DNA of 64,000 bases. It comes from Cyanophora paradoxa CCMP329. Taxonomy: Eukaryota > Plantae > Glaucophyta. A model generated the notes under the pieces. It had not been told where the DNA came from. It searched no databases and saw only the letters and a program-made list of their open reading frames with translations. A program made the position numbers and the translations under genes. The stretch lies in NCBI GenBank assembly GCA_004431415.1, contig QPMI01000260.1:32759-96758 (forward strand), given 5' to 3'. Positions 1 to 13,121 of this stretch are shown here, one piece after another (position 1 is the first letter of the stretch; every line of letters starts with the position of its first letter).

Positions 1-709
1 TGTCGGCATCCGCGAGGTGCTCTACCATGACAGCGCGCCCGACGAGCTCGAGGCCAGGGTGCGACGTCAACGTCTTCCCGCGGTCTGCAGAGTTTATACC
101 CCGGTCTCATTCCCCGGGCTACTTTGCAACAAACCGAAGCTTCTTCCAGGTCCGCCGCATGCGCACTCAGCACAAACCTGACCGTCGCCATCCTACTGAA
201 AGTGAAATTGACCAACTATATCTTTCCGCAGCAGCTGCCAGCCTCGCTGTTCCGGCGCTACGTCCTTCCCGCCTGGACGTCTGCGAGCAGCTTAAAACCG
301 ACCGGATACTCTCAACAACATGACTCGTCAGTTGGCCAGCCGCTCGCCGCGCTGCCAGCGCGGAGCGTGTTCATGTGGTTGACACGCTCTTGCAGGCGGA
401 AACCAACGCGACCGCGATCGGGAGCGCGCTGCGAATCGTGCAAAGGAGGGCCCTGCCAAGAAGAAGGACGGAGATCCTGCAAAGCGCCTGACCAAGTACG
501 CTCAACTTCCTCTTGGAATGCTATTTCTAAGCACTGCATTGCGTCGCAGGGATGCGGACATTATGAAAGAGAAGCAGAGGCTGGCGGACGAAAAGAGGCA
601 GCAAGATGAAGAAAAGCGCCTCAGGGAAGAAGCTGAAAAGAGAGCTCTTGTTCAAAAACAGAAGCTGGAGAAGACCGACAACGTATCTTCTGCCCCGAAG
701 ACCAACTAG
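1..709 (+). CDS. 3' part of an intron-containing hypothetical gene with a charged coiled-coil C-terminus (partial)
   Basis: Terminal exon KEKQRLADEKRQQDEEKRLREEAEKR...APKTN* follows a CAG acceptor near 549. There are GT..AG signals upstream but no recognisable family. Confidence 0.3.
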
Positions 710-759
710 GTGAGAAGCATCGCCCAGCAACGCATCCAGTCCGTGTGCTAGTGGAACGC

Positions 760-786
760 ACCTATACCTTTCTGTTTTCCCAGTCC
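760..786. repeat. 27-bp dispersed repeat, identical copy at 16535-16561
   Basis: ACCTATACCTTTCTGTTTTCCCAGTCC is read at both positions. Confidence 0.85.
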
Positions 787-1471
787 AATTTTGCATGGCC
801 TTACTCTCCTTGGAGGGCCACCCAGGGCCCGGCTGGCCACACTCGCTGGTGGGCTGGGCCCGCGGCTGCGGCGGCCGCAGTCACTGAGTGTACATCCCAC
901 ACTTGTAGCCCGGACTTGCAATTTCAGTATGTGACCAAATGCTAGAAGTTACGTCAAGCAGAGGCCCGTTCGCCGTTCCAGGCCTGGCTGCAGCTGATCC
1001 CCCTGCCAGGCCCCTGCCGCATTGCCAAGCACCAGACCCCTGCCAGGCTGTGTGATAATGATGCCTGGCCGAGGCCTAGGGCGACCCGTGCACGCCGCCG
1101 GTGCCGGCAGCCTGTGTACATATGCATGCCGTCATGATCAGTAATTAATTATAAGTACTATGATAATCATTGAATTATAAGCGCTAGCGCTAGCCGCTGA
1201 GCTTCAATTGCCGCAGCGGATGCGCGCATGCGCATGTGCATGCGCATGCGCATGAAAGAAAGCTAGGCCCGGCTTCGATCGAGATCGATCGAATATATTC
1301 AAGCTTCAAATTTTTACTAGTTAACTTATATTAGGGTTGAACTTCCGCAAAGTTGGAACTTTGAAAGGGGTATACGTGGTCCGACCCAAGTCAAGGTGGC
1401 CTGTTCCAGCAGCGCTCTCTGGGCCTCTAGCTATATTCGACTCGGCGATACAAAAAGAATTCAGTGGCGAT

Positions 1472-3223
1472 ATGGGTGCGCAGTTGTAGCTCCGTACGCG
1501 GCGCGTCACTAACCGGCAGCGCATCGGTAGCACACGAGAACGAGGACACGGAGGACCCGGAGGACCCGGACGAGAACGAGGACGTCGAAGATGAGGAGGC
1601 AGACGGCGCGGACGTGTGGGAGGAGGGTGCACCGCTCTGCACAGCTCGTTGACGGTCGCTTTGTGCTTCCACCACGCGCAGAGATCTGGGAGGAGGCGCC
1701 CGATGTGGACGCTGCAGCAGGCGGTATCGTGTACTCGCAAGCGATCGATTTGACAGTGCGCCCCGCGGAGTTACCAGCCGGCACTGTCGCTCATTGCGCC
1801 AGCCAGGACGCGAACATGTGGGACGACAGCGCGCTCATCAAAGCGTTCGACGAGAGTGTCGCTAAGTATCAGGTGCCACGAAGCCAGGAACGGAGCAGTC
1901 CGGCTCAGCGCGTGCTGACCAAAGCCTCAGATTGCGCATAAGCTGAAGGGCGCCTCGGGTGTGAAGAATGTCAGGTGCAAGAGGAATCTGAGTTTTTAGT
2001 GCAATCTGGACGTTCTAAAACCGTTACAGGCCCGGGTCGAACGCTGTCGTATCTGAGGTGCGATCTCGTCAGTAGCCATCATTCGAAGACAGAATGTGTC
2101 TGCAGGGACACAAGAAAACGAAGGAAAAGCGGGAGGGCGATGGGAAGGAGAAAACGAAAGGTCGGCCGTGTCTCAGTCGAGCGTGTTTACGTCTAAAACA
2201 CCGGCAGAGAAGAAAAACCCGAAGGACAAAGAAGGCGGGAAGGACAAAGAAGCCCGCAAGAAGGAGAAAGAGGAAAGGCGCCGGGAGAAGGAATTGAAGA
2301 AACGAGAGAAGGAGGAGAAGAAGCTGAGGAAGAAAGCCTCGGAGGAAAGCGCCGCCGCACTACCTTCTGATGGAAGCAGCCCTTTCGGCACCGGCCCCGG
2401 GTATCCTTACGGCTGGCCTCCGTGCGCATCTTATCTGCGGGTCCTTCTTCTTTTAGATCATACTCGGCAGAGAGTGGGTGGCGTACTACTCGTCGTTCTA
2501 CGGTGGTGAAGCGAGTTTCACTGGATGTCCTCAGACAGTATCGCCAGAGCCCGGCCTTGGCTCCGCACAGCAGGTGCATCCTTTCTGCTCCTCGCTTTTA
2601 TCGCATTATCACTCGAGTGACGATGAGCAGGCGCACGCTGCCGCACGCCCCGCCACAGGGCGCGCGCGGAAGGTGCGCTCGACAGCTGGCGGGAATGAAG
2701 GCGCTTCAGGGGCAGTGCTCGACGACGGCAACTCTGGGGATGACGGGCATGTTTTGTTCTATGAGGACGGCGTGCCCGTTGCTCCGGTCACCTCCTCCGC
2801 CTCTGCGGGACGGCCAGTTTCGCACCACATCCCGCGCAAGGTGTGTAGCTTCTTCCGTTCAGCTGTGGCGACGTCTGACCCGCTGCAGACGTACTCACCC
2901 CCCCCTACGTTGGGTTCCCCTCCGCCGCCAGTGCACCCTCGACCGCGGTCAGCAGCTTCTTCTGCGCGACGGCCGCCCGCGGGGCCTGGTTCGTAATCGT
3001 CTCGATCCCTCTCTCGATCCACTGAGGCGCAGCTGCAGACGTGTTTGGAGCGGCGGAAGCGGCGCGCGGCCAACAGGAGGCATTCTCGCGATGCATGCTG
3101 GCGTGGTACTACGCCGGCTTCTACGCGGGGCAGTACCAGGTGCAGTGCGCAGTGTGCAGTATCTACACGGAGCCAGCTGAACCCTCGCAGGCGCAGTACC
3201 TGCAGCCCGCCCGTGAGCGCTAG
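1472..3223 (+). CDS. SMN: Survival motor neuron (SMN)-like protein, multi-exon
   Basis: N-terminal Gemin2-binding motif MWDDSALIKAFDESV and C-terminal YG box MLAWYYAGFYAGQYQ. ATG at 1472 is followed by a GT..AG intron (1476-1530). Confidence 0.8.
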
Positions 3224-3361
3224 GCAGGACCTTTACAGCTGTCGAAATAATACTAAAATTCGTAAGGAACTGAGGGAAGGGGAGGGAGGGGGGAGAGGGG
3301 GGAAAGGGAGGGAGGGGGGGGGGAGAGAGAGAGGGGGGGGGTGTTGGGATTTCACGGATCA

Positions 3362-6300
3362 TCATCTGCTGAGCATCGGTCCCACGTTCTTCAGCTTCAA
3401 CTTGACGCGCCCCGCGCTCCCGCTGGCGGACGTTGCAGCCGCTGGGGCACTCGCTAGTACCCCGAGGGAGGATGAGGAGGAGGAAGTGGGAAGGCCCTGC
3501 ACGGGGCCGCCAGAGGGGGGCGAGATGGTAAGGACTTGAAAGCCCGCTCCACGCCCTGACATGGGGCCGGACGACTGCCTGCGGAGGGCTCGCCCGATGG
3601 CGAGCAGTGCGCATTGCGCGCGCACCCGAGTATGTGAGGGAAATGGATGGAGGAGGGCGGGCCGGGAGGCCGCGGTGGGGCAGGCAGGCTCGCAGATACC
3701 CCCGAGTTTCGACGCCTGCCGCCAGTGAGAACGACGCAAACGGCGGCGTCGAAGGGGGCACACGGTCTCGAGGGGCTCACGCGCGATGCACGCCGCCGGT
3801 CCGGCGACCGTGCCCGCGGCTGCTCTGGGCGAACGGGCTGGCCCGGTGGAGAAGGGGCGGCGCTGGGGGTGGGTCGGGCGGAGGGGGTCGCGGAGGGCGG
3901 GGCGGGTGGCTGGGTGGGCGGCAGCGGGGCGAGGCCGTATGTGGCCTCGAATTCGCGCAAGAGCTCCTCGAGGCGCGGCGTCGGCGGCTCAATGAATTCG
4001 AGAAGAGCCCCGCAAAAGTGCCGCCCCACCTCCGCCAGGTGGTCCACGTTGAAGTGCATGCGCACACGCGGGCCCGCCCCCGCCCCGCCCGCCCCCGTCG
4101 CGGGCACCCGCACCGACGGCGCCGTCGACGGTCGCGCCCCAACGTCCTGCAAGCCTTCAGGACGCGTAGCCGAAGGAGTAGCGGGGGCGCGGCGCGCACG
4201 CGGGCCGCTGCGTACGGAGGCCGGGGCGCGGGCTGGGGCGCCTCAAGGTCTGCCCCACAGAAGGATGCCTCCAGCGTGTAGCAGGGGCGGAGACCTGCGG
4301 TGCACGATCGGCGGGAGGAGGGAGGGGGGCCGCGCGGACGGAGGTTGCGGACCCAGCTCGCGCCAAAGGGCGACCCGGGCAGTGGACGCCTTCGACTTCT
4401 GCACGCGAAAGCAGCAGAGCTCGAGGCTGAAAAGGTGCGGGGCCCGGTCGCGCAGCATTCGGGGGAAGAGGCGCTGCGACAGCATCTCATGCCGCGCTTG
4501 CAGGGCTGTGAGGCACTCCGCGCTTTCCCCGTCCCCGTCGCCAGCGCCCTCCGACGGCCCCGTCCCGGGTGCGCCCGGCCCGCCTCCCTTGTCCGGCTTT
4601 CCCCCCCGGCCCGGCCTCCCGCGCTTTGCGCGGGCCTTGACAGAGCCGGCGACGGCGCCCTTGCCCTTGGCGCTCTTGCTCGAGGACTTCTCGGACGGAG
4701 CCGCCTTGGCCTGGGGGCCGTCCCCCGCAGGTCCCTCCTCGTCGCTCTCCCCCTCGCCCACTGCGCTCGCCGTCACGGAGCCTGAAAGCAGAGGACGAGG
4801 GGGAGGGGCGCGCCGCCGGTGGGGTCCTTGGACGCGAGGTTGCAGCAGCCATACATGAAGACGTTTTTGCGGCGCGAGTGCCCTGCGCCGCCCTCGCCCG
4901 CGCACAGGGCGACAGGAGGCGGGCCGGGGACCGTGGAAGTCGCAAAAGAAGAAGACGCCGCGGCCCGGTCTGCCGGGCCCGCGCTCCTCATGCAGGCGCC
5001 GGACGAGCTCCTTGCAGTGGAAGATCTGCGGCGCAGGTCAGCGGTGCGACACAGGGGGCCCCCGCGGGGCGGACCGTCGGCTCGCGGAGGGCGCTGGGCT
5101 TCGTCCACTGGCGGTTGAGGTCGACGCCCGTGAGACTCGTGCTGCGCGCCGTCAGGCCGGCGTGCGGCAAGCCGCGCGCGCCCTGCACCGGTAGTTGCCG
5201 GCGACGACGCCGTCGGGGTTGAGCATGGGCACCACCTGCGGGACGGTGAGGCGCGAGCGGCAAGGCCATGCCTCTCATCCCCGCACCTTGAAGACCACCG
5301 TATCCCGCAGTCGCTGCGCCTCGGCGCTATTCCCTGTGAGGAAGTCCAGCACGCCTGCGGCGGGCTTCGGCCCCTGGCGCGCGAGGCGGCGCGTGCGGCG
5401 CAGCGGGGCGCGTGTGGCTCGCCCTTCATGATCCAGCTCGCGTTGCTCTCGCCGGGGTGCACCCGGGCTGTGAGCACGGCCACGCGGCGCTGCGCTACCG
5501 CCTCCGCGTCCCCGGGGCTCGTGATCGTAAGCAGGTCGCACGGCCTCCCCGCGTTCGTATAGCAGAGGACCTGACGCCGGAGGAAAGTCCGCACGCGGGG
5601 GTCCACCTGCGGCCGCGTCGTCCCAGGGGCGCGTACGCGAGGCGAGGCCGCGGGGCAGGGTCGGACTGTGATGGCGCCGAGGTGGCGCTGCAGGTCGGTG
5701 AAGGTGTACGGGTAGTGGTACGCGATGTAGTAGAGCGCGCCCTCCTCCGACGCACGATGGAACTGCGCTGGCCGTCGCGCCGCGGCGGGACGAAGTTAGG
5801 CGCAGCCGGCGGGCCTGCAGGGAGAAGGTGAGGGTGTAGTAAGGCATTGGCGCCGTCGAGGCCTTTGCTTTCGCAGCGCCTTTGCGCCCCGCAGCCCCGC
5901 CCACCACGTCCACCTGCGGCCCACTTGCACGACGCTCTCTCAAGGCCCGGCGCAGCGCGAACCTGTCGCGTGTGCTGGTTTGGGTAGTAGCAAATGCGAG
6001 TGCCGGCACGGACCCAGCCGACGCCGCGCGAGGCAGCATCAAGGGTCGAGTACATCAATGGCCTCATGCCGAAGTTGAACTGGCTGTTCGGCTGCCGGCG
6101 GTCTCACGGGCGTGGCGCGACGACGGTCTCGGGTACGCGGCGACGCGGAACCTTTTCGAGGTTGATGATGTTGAACTTGTAGGCAGCCGGGGGGGGGAGG
6201 GCGCCCGCCACGACGGCGAAGTAGAACCACTGCGTGTGGCCCTTGGAGGCGACGTCCACCTCGAGGGTCAGGTCGTACTCCCTGTCCCCGACGCGCACCG

Positions 6301-9300
6301 CCGCCCGCAGGTTCCCGCTCTCGAAGCGCGACTCGAACTCTGCCGCCCCCTCGCGCCCCGCCCCCTGCCCGCGCTTCGCCCCTTGCGCACCGAGCTGCGG
6401 CGAGGTCCACTGGCGCCCGACGGAGGAGGCCACCCTCGGCGTCCCGCGGCCCGTCGAGCCGTTGGGCGCGCCAGGCGCTGGCGTGGCGCCAGCCGCGACA
6501 GCGCTGGGGGGCGGGCGCGCGAGATCTGGCGAGGTGCGCCCGGGAGCCGACACCTGCGGGACAGCGTGAGCAAGCAGCTCGAGGGGCCGGAGAGGTGGCG
6601 GGGCGGCGCCTGCGCGGGGGAACAGGCGGGGTGGCTGCGGAGCGCGTCGTAGACGAGGGCGTCGGGCGGCCCCGCGGCGGCCCAGCGCTCCACGTCGTGA
6701 ATCATCATCTCGTGCACGAGGGGCCCCTCCACCGCCGTCCCCAGCGGCTCCTCGCCCAGCTGCCCCGCGTCGGCCCCGGCCCCGCCCGCGCTCCCGCTCC
6801 GCGCACCGCAGGGTGGTGCGAGAGCAGCAGGTCGGCGTGCACGCCAAGGGGCGGCGCGCGCGTCTGCGGAGCGGCGGTCCCCGCGGCGGCCGCGGGAGGT
6901 AGCGCGGGGAAGGCGATGTCGGCACGGGCGGCGGCGGGGGCGTCGGGCGCGCTGTCGTCCGAGTCGCTGCCGCCGAGGGACTCGGCGCCCCACTGGGTCG
7001 GGCTCGCGGCCGGCCCCCGCTTACGCTCGCGCGCTGCCGCGAGGGCCGCCCCGCAGCCGTCGACGAGGCCGACGCCGGCCGCGGCGCCTGCGGCGAGGCC
7101 GCCCCCGAGGGCGACGGCAGAGGCGACACGGGTGCCGACGCAGCCGTCGGCATCGGCCGCGGCACGGGGCGCGGCGGCCGCCGAAAGCTGCCCGAGCTGC
7201 TCGGCTGCGAAGGAATAGAGAGGGGAGACTGGCCGCGCGAGGAGGGGCCTTCCTCCCCCCCGTCCTCCGCGCGGCTCGCCTCCTCCTCGTCCCCCTCGCC
7301 GGCCTCTCCCTCTGCAACCTCGACCTCCTCGGGCCCCTCCGTTGGCCCCTCCGCCTCTCCTCCAGCGTCGTCGGCACCCGGCGGCACAGGCGACGGCGTA
7401 AGCGCCGGCACGTGCTCGCTCGCTGCGCGAAATCCATCGCTCAGAGGGGCCGCGCGATGTGCCGGGACATCGGCTCGCACGTGTCGGGGAAGGAGCCGCC
7501 GCGCCGACCCCGGGCCCGCTCCAGTAGGCACGGCAGGCCGGAGAATCGCGGCAGAGCTCAGGGAACTCTGCGCCGCATCTGCCCGGGGTTCGGAGTGGGG
7601 CGCGGGCTGCAGCGAGAAGGGCGCACGAGGTGCATCGGCAAAGGGACCAGAGGCGCGCCGGCGGGTAGCAGCGCTCCAGCGCCGCCTGCCGCGCCGCCTC
7701 GCCCATCAGCGCCTCGCCATCGCCCTCCGCCTCCGCCGGCGCTGCGCGACGTCACTCGCGCGCCAGGGAGGCGCGCTCGGGCGGGCAGACGGTCGGCGGG
7801 GAGGCCGGCGGTGCGCTCGCGGAGGAAGTCTTGGAAGCAGTAGTACGAGCGGGCGTAGTTGGAGTTGAAGCTGAGGTCCCCGGGCTGCATCCCGCCCCCG
7901 TACATCGGGCCCGCCCCGGGCGCCGCCCCCGCTGCGCCCCGACCGTCAGGCCAGCCAAGCTTAAAAGCAGGCTGCGCCGCTCACGCGGGGGAGGCGGGTA
8001 GGGGTTCTCCTGGCGGGGCCGGAGGACCCAGAGGAGGCGGAAAGCGGACTTGAGGATGTCGGGGTGGTTCTGCGGAGGGCTCGCGAGCGAGTGCAGCGGG
8101 GCGGGCGCGACTGGCGAGGAGGCACGCCTGGAAGTGGAGGAGCACGGCGGCGCGCACGGCCTCGAAGGCCCCCGCCTGACGCACCATCCCCGCGAACGAA
8201 TCCCCTGCCAGGGCCACCCCCTGTCGCGCGCTCGGCCCTCCGGTCGCACGCCAGGGCGGGGTCGTGCCGGCACCTTGAGGGCGGCTATTGCGGAGCGGCA
8301 GATGTCGGAACGGGTGTTGTGCGCCTTGAGGATGTGGAGCACGAGGCCCCAGCCTTCCTCCCTTACAAACGCCACCACGCTCGTCGCCGCTGCACGTCTG
8401 TGAGCACCGTGGCAACCCCGGCACGACAGAAGGAAAAAAAGAAAACGACGCGCACATGCTTCGACCAGCCGCGCCAGCGCGGCGAGCGCGGGGGCCAGAA
8501 GCAGCAGCTTCGTTGAATGGGCGTATATGGCAGCAAGGAGCGCGCTGACCGTCCCTTCCTTGGACGCAACGGAGACGTTTCCGTCTGCAGGCGGCGTCAG
8601 CGACACGCCGCCGCCGGGCGGGCGGGAACGCGCCATTGCGGAGAAGGACGCAGAGGAGATCGGCCGCGGCAGAGGCGAGATCGACATCGTAGACGTATGC
8701 TTTCAGCGCAGAGATCACAACACTGAGCACACCCTCGAGGCGCGCCGTAACCGCCAGGGCACGATCTGAGCCCCGCGTCAAGTGCGCAGCCGTCGCCGCG
8801 CTGCTGTTGCCCACCGGCCCGCGAGAGGACGAGCACAGCGTTGAAAGACACCGCCAGCAGGTGCGGCTGGGTTTGGTTCACGTTGATGACACTGTAGAGG
8901 CTCTTGACGGCCCCCTCCTTTAAAACTTGCGTAGCTGCGGTGTCTTCGGCGGGGCGCGACGAGAGACGAGAACAGCACTGCAATGCACCGTGGCTTTTCG
9001 CGAGGTTCAGGAGCGTTGTGATTGCCCAGGACATGAGCTCGACGTCCGCAGCCGCATGCAACGACATCGCTGCCAGGAGCGTGCCTACTACGCCTTCGCG
9101 TATCTGCGAGGTAAAGCCCTCAGCCTGTGCTCGCAAGGCGCCAGCGCGGCGCTCTGACCATGGGTCCGCGGTTCTCCTCTGTGCAGCCGCGCCGAACGAG
9201 CCGGTCAGCGCCACGTAAACACTACTCGGAGCGCAGGCTGGTGCGTGAGTTGCCGAGAACGCACCGTCCTGGCTCAGTTGGGCGAGGCTGCGGAAGGCCT

Positions 9301-9453
9301 GGCGAAGAGACTCCAAATCGTCCGCCGACCCGGCGCCCCGCCCCGCCAGGCTGTTGAACGCGCGTTAGCTTGTTAGCTAATGTTGAACGCGCTCGTTAGC
9401 TAGCTAGCACCGATAACAGCGGTGCCTGCTCACCTCGCCACCTCAAGCTCCAT
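3362..9453 (-). CDS. Cytosolic carboxypeptidase (CCP1/AGTPBP1-like, M14 tubulin deglutamylase) with ARM-like N-terminal region, multi-exon
   Basis: Motifs [70 protein letters not shown] and YTLEASFCG. The start MELEVA at 9453 and the 3' end are inferred from splice sites. Confidence 0.85.
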
Positions 9454-9643
9454 AGCTGGGGCCTGCACGCTACCGCATGCAACGCGCGTGTAGAAGGCCT
9501 CGCTACCTCGGGGGCTCCATCACCGATTCACGTACCCCTTGCAAAAACAAAAAGAAAGTCTCGCCTCGCCGCCCCGCTACAGATCATAAGCCTCGCTCAA
9601 CCGCCAGCCGGTGAAGGACCAGCACAGGTCGCAGCCGACCGCC

Positions 9644-10157
9644 ATGCTCCTCGAGCCAGACTCCTTCCTGAACGAGCTTACAAAGCTATTCACAAAGTGC
9701 AAGACAGTTGGGAGCGTGTACATTACAGTAAAGCGATGTGCGTCTCGCGCGCCGCGCCTGGCACCGCGACGGTGGGCAAGGTCTCACGACGAAGCCGCAG
9801 TCACCGGCCCGCCGAGCGGTCGCAAGGATAAGCAAGACAAGAAAGGCGCGGTTGCGGGCGAGGAAAAGTGCTTGCTGCGGGCAACCGATGGCAAGCGCAT
9901 TAAGCTCTCCACCGTGGTGCGCTCGATCGCAAGTGCCGCGATGTGTGAATCCCCCGCGCGACCGCATTGTGGACCAGGTGCCCCGCGCGTGAGCTGACGC
10001 TGGATTCGCACAGATCGCGCACAAGGACCACGTGCGCTTCCAGATGGCATTCGCTACGATCCTCAAGGTTCAAATGGACGCGCTGAAGAAGAAGGAGAAG
10101 AATGTCAAGAAGGCACCGGCGCCCGTAAAGAAGAAGGCTGCGGAGCCCTCCGCTTAG
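9644..10157 (+). CDS. SRP14: Signal recognition particle 14 kDa protein
   Basis: MLLEPDSFLNELTKLF..GSVYITVKR..KCLLRATDGKRIKLSTVV..ILKVQMDALKKKEK, with two introns. Confidence 0.9.
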
Positions 10158-10428
10158 CTATTCTGCCCCCCTGCCTTCACTGACCCGCTTGACTGCCCCT
10201 AGGCCTGCATTTTGACGAAACACGCGCTGTCAGCTAGCTGTTTGACTGACAGTGTTCACGGAAGACATCGGGGTAGTACTGCTCATGCCATGACTCGATG
10301 ATGATGCCCCCGCGGCCGCGCGCGCAATCCGCAATCTAAAATTTTGCCGCAATCTTCAGTAAGCTTGAAATTTTGCCGCAATCTATAGCTATTTTGTCGA
10401 GGCACGCGAGGACAACTAGCTAGCTATT

Positions 10429-12336
10429 TCAACTGGATACAGCACCCTTCTTCCGGGCAGCACTTTCCGCGTGACTTTTCTTGGCCTTCTCGAGGAGCGG
10501 CAACAGCTGTTTTTTCTCTGCCAAGATTTTGAGAAACTCGCACACGAACCTGGCGCGCGGAGGAGAGCAAAATTCAGAGAGCGACGTGGTGCGGTGGGCG
10601 CGGGCACGTCCGCACGGGATGTAGTTGTGGCGGCGGCGCATGTTCTCTATCTGCAGGGCGGTGAGCGAGGGGGCGCAGAAAAGCACAGGCTGGGACCGCG
10701 CCTTCCAGGCCTTGTACTTCTCGTCCTCGGCCTGGACGGTGGCGAGCAGCTGCCCCGCCCGGTCCTCCAGCTGCAGCATCTGCGACTGCACCTGCGCTCC
10801 GCTCGCGCTCTCTCGCCGCCGGCGTCCGGGGCGGGCCGCGCACCTCGTCGCCCCCGATGCGCTCGATCTCAGTAACCTGCGCGTGCACCTCCCCGCTGGT
10901 GTCCGGCCCGCCCTCCGGCTCTGAGTCCCCCGCTGATGAGATGGTGCGAGACGGCGGGAAAGCGAACGGGACGCGCCGACGCAGGCGGCGGGATCGACCG
11001 GGAGGCCAAGGGCCATGAGGCGGCGGGCGGCAGCGGCGCGAAGGGTGAGGACGCGCTTGAGCTCCTGCTGGGCGGCGTCCTTGCGGTTCCTTGTACGGGG
11101 GGTCATCCTTGCTACGAGCTACTGCATCAGGGGCGTGGCAGACCTCACGAGGGCTAGTAGATTGAAGCGGATTTCGCTCGACGCGTATCTGCCCCGCGTC
11201 ATGCCACGCTCCGCCCTATTGCGGCGCCCCGCGCACCGTTCGATGCGGGCCTGAATCACCGGCGCCACCTTTTGCAGCCAGTCGTCCTTCGTGCAGGGGC
11301 CGAGATCGATTGGGCCAGGCTTCAGCCCATCGAGCTCGTACAGAACCCCGTTCACGGGCACGTAGCTGGCGCGAGTTCGGGAGCTGCCCCGTGGGGCGAG
11401 GCGCGAGGTCGCACCTAATGAAGTGGTACACGTCGTCATCCTTCGTCGCTTTCTTGTCCTCCTCGATGACGAACGGCTCAGGGCTGCCAGCGCATGAGAG
11501 GTCCCTCGCGGACGCGCAGCGAGCTGAACGCAGTACCGAGCGAAGCTATTGTGAACAGTGCGAATCGTCTCGCTGTTGCTAATAGCCAGGCCCTTCATCT
11601 GTGGCAGCGATGCTCAGCTGCGATCCCCGAAGGGCGGGCGGCTTGGTCCCTCGGGCTTGCCTCGGGGTCGAACTCTTTGGTGAAGTTTCTGAACTCGTTA
11701 AGCTCACTCCCTAGCTCGATTTCTTGGCAGTTCATCACGATAGACAAAAGGGCTTGCGTCGCGCAGGCGTTGTTGATGATCTGCGCTTCCGTCACTTAAG
11801 GCCTACCCGAGCCCAACGAGTCCCCTGGACCTGGTTAGCGAAAAACAAGCCCTCGCGCGGCTCCTTCACGACTGGTCTGTCGTCCTTCTCGTGCCGCCAC
11901 TGCGCGGCATCTGAGGAAACTGCCGGCACACGGAAGGCGGCGAATGGCTCGGACCTTGAACAGAAAGCAGAGCCTGCGCGCAGAGGAGCATGAGCAGCCA
12001 ACGTCAGCTACAGCTCGCGCCGCGCAGAAAGCGCGAGCAAGCTCCGCTCACCCGAACACCGGCCTGCGGGGTCGATTCATCAGCAAGCGGCACGTACGCG
12101 GCTCGGGCGGTTCGCACTGGAGCTCGCGCATCATGTCCGCGTCCAGGCTGTAGATTTCCTCCATCTGCACGCCACGAACGCCGATTCGCGCCAGTAGCTC
12201 CGTGAAGACACCGGGGTCGGACTCGATGGTGCACCTGGCGCGATGGCTCGCTAAACGACGCCCAGCGGCGTTCACGCGCGTCTATAAGAGGGGCGCTTGC
12301 GATTGCCGTATTGCACCAGTTCATGGAATTCGCCAT
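10429..12336 (-). CDS. UCHL5: Ubiquitin C-terminal hydrolase UCH37/UCHL5 (proteasome-associated)
   Basis: [25 protein letters not shown] (catalytic Cys), [21 protein letters not shown] and C-terminal [11 protein letters not shown]. Confidence 0.92.
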
Positions 12337-12444
12337 CCTCTCGCTCTCTTCGCTCTTTTGTAACGTCTGACTCGCCGTCGACAGATCGACTCGTTTGTTC
12401 GACTCGACGTCGGACTCGACGACTCGTCGGACTCGACGACTCGT

Positions 12445-13086
12445 TAGGGATGTGCCTTGGTACCCCTCCGGTCCTTGGCAAGGTGACCTTGACCGCCCTC
12501 TGTCCTTGGCAAGGTTCCCTTAAGGTCCTGCCATACAAACTTTCCGCCATACAAATCGTGTTATGAAATCAAAATCTACTTGACCTAAGCTGCAAAACTG
12601 CATCTTACACAGCTCGTTTTTTTTACCGGTCGACCCAACACGGTCAAAAATCGGTTAAGGCGAAATCGCTCCTCGGGTATTTGGAATTCCCCGGCTTTAG
12701 CTAGTGCAATCTACCCGCTAGCTTGACGGCTACAAGCTGCTGCGAGGAGACTAGCCGTTCTGCGGCGGGTGAAAAGTTATCGCGATCGCCGGCTACCCTT
12801 GCCCATACAACGGGCATGTCGAGTCGATTAGGAAAAAAAACGAGCTGTGTTACACTCGAGCTAAGCAAGTCGGTAACGTCGATTTGTTCAAATAGAGCTG
12901 TTTTCCACCAATCCGGTCATAGTTGCACCCGCACGGGTACGCGGTGTAGGGGGTCTCCCATACAAAAGTTTTGTATGGCCGGACCTTGCCCTTGCCTTGA
13001 GCCACCTTGTTGCCTTGGCAAGGTAACCTTAAACGCCCGAAAACGCACCTTAAACGCAAGGTGGTTCCTTGCAAGGGACATCCCTA
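12445..13086. mobile_element. Non-autonomous hAT-superfamily DNA transposon (MITE-like, 642 bp)
   Basis: TIRs TAGGGATGTGCCTTG / CAAGGGACATCCCTA (14/15 match, Ac/Ds-like TAGGGATG). Perfect 8-bp TSD CGACTCGT at 12437-12444 and 13087-13094. Repeated subterminal CCTTGGCAAGG; lower GC than the flanks. Confidence 0.9.
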
Positions 13087-13121
13087 CGACTCGTCCACGC
13101 GGGGGTAGAGGAGTTTCGATA

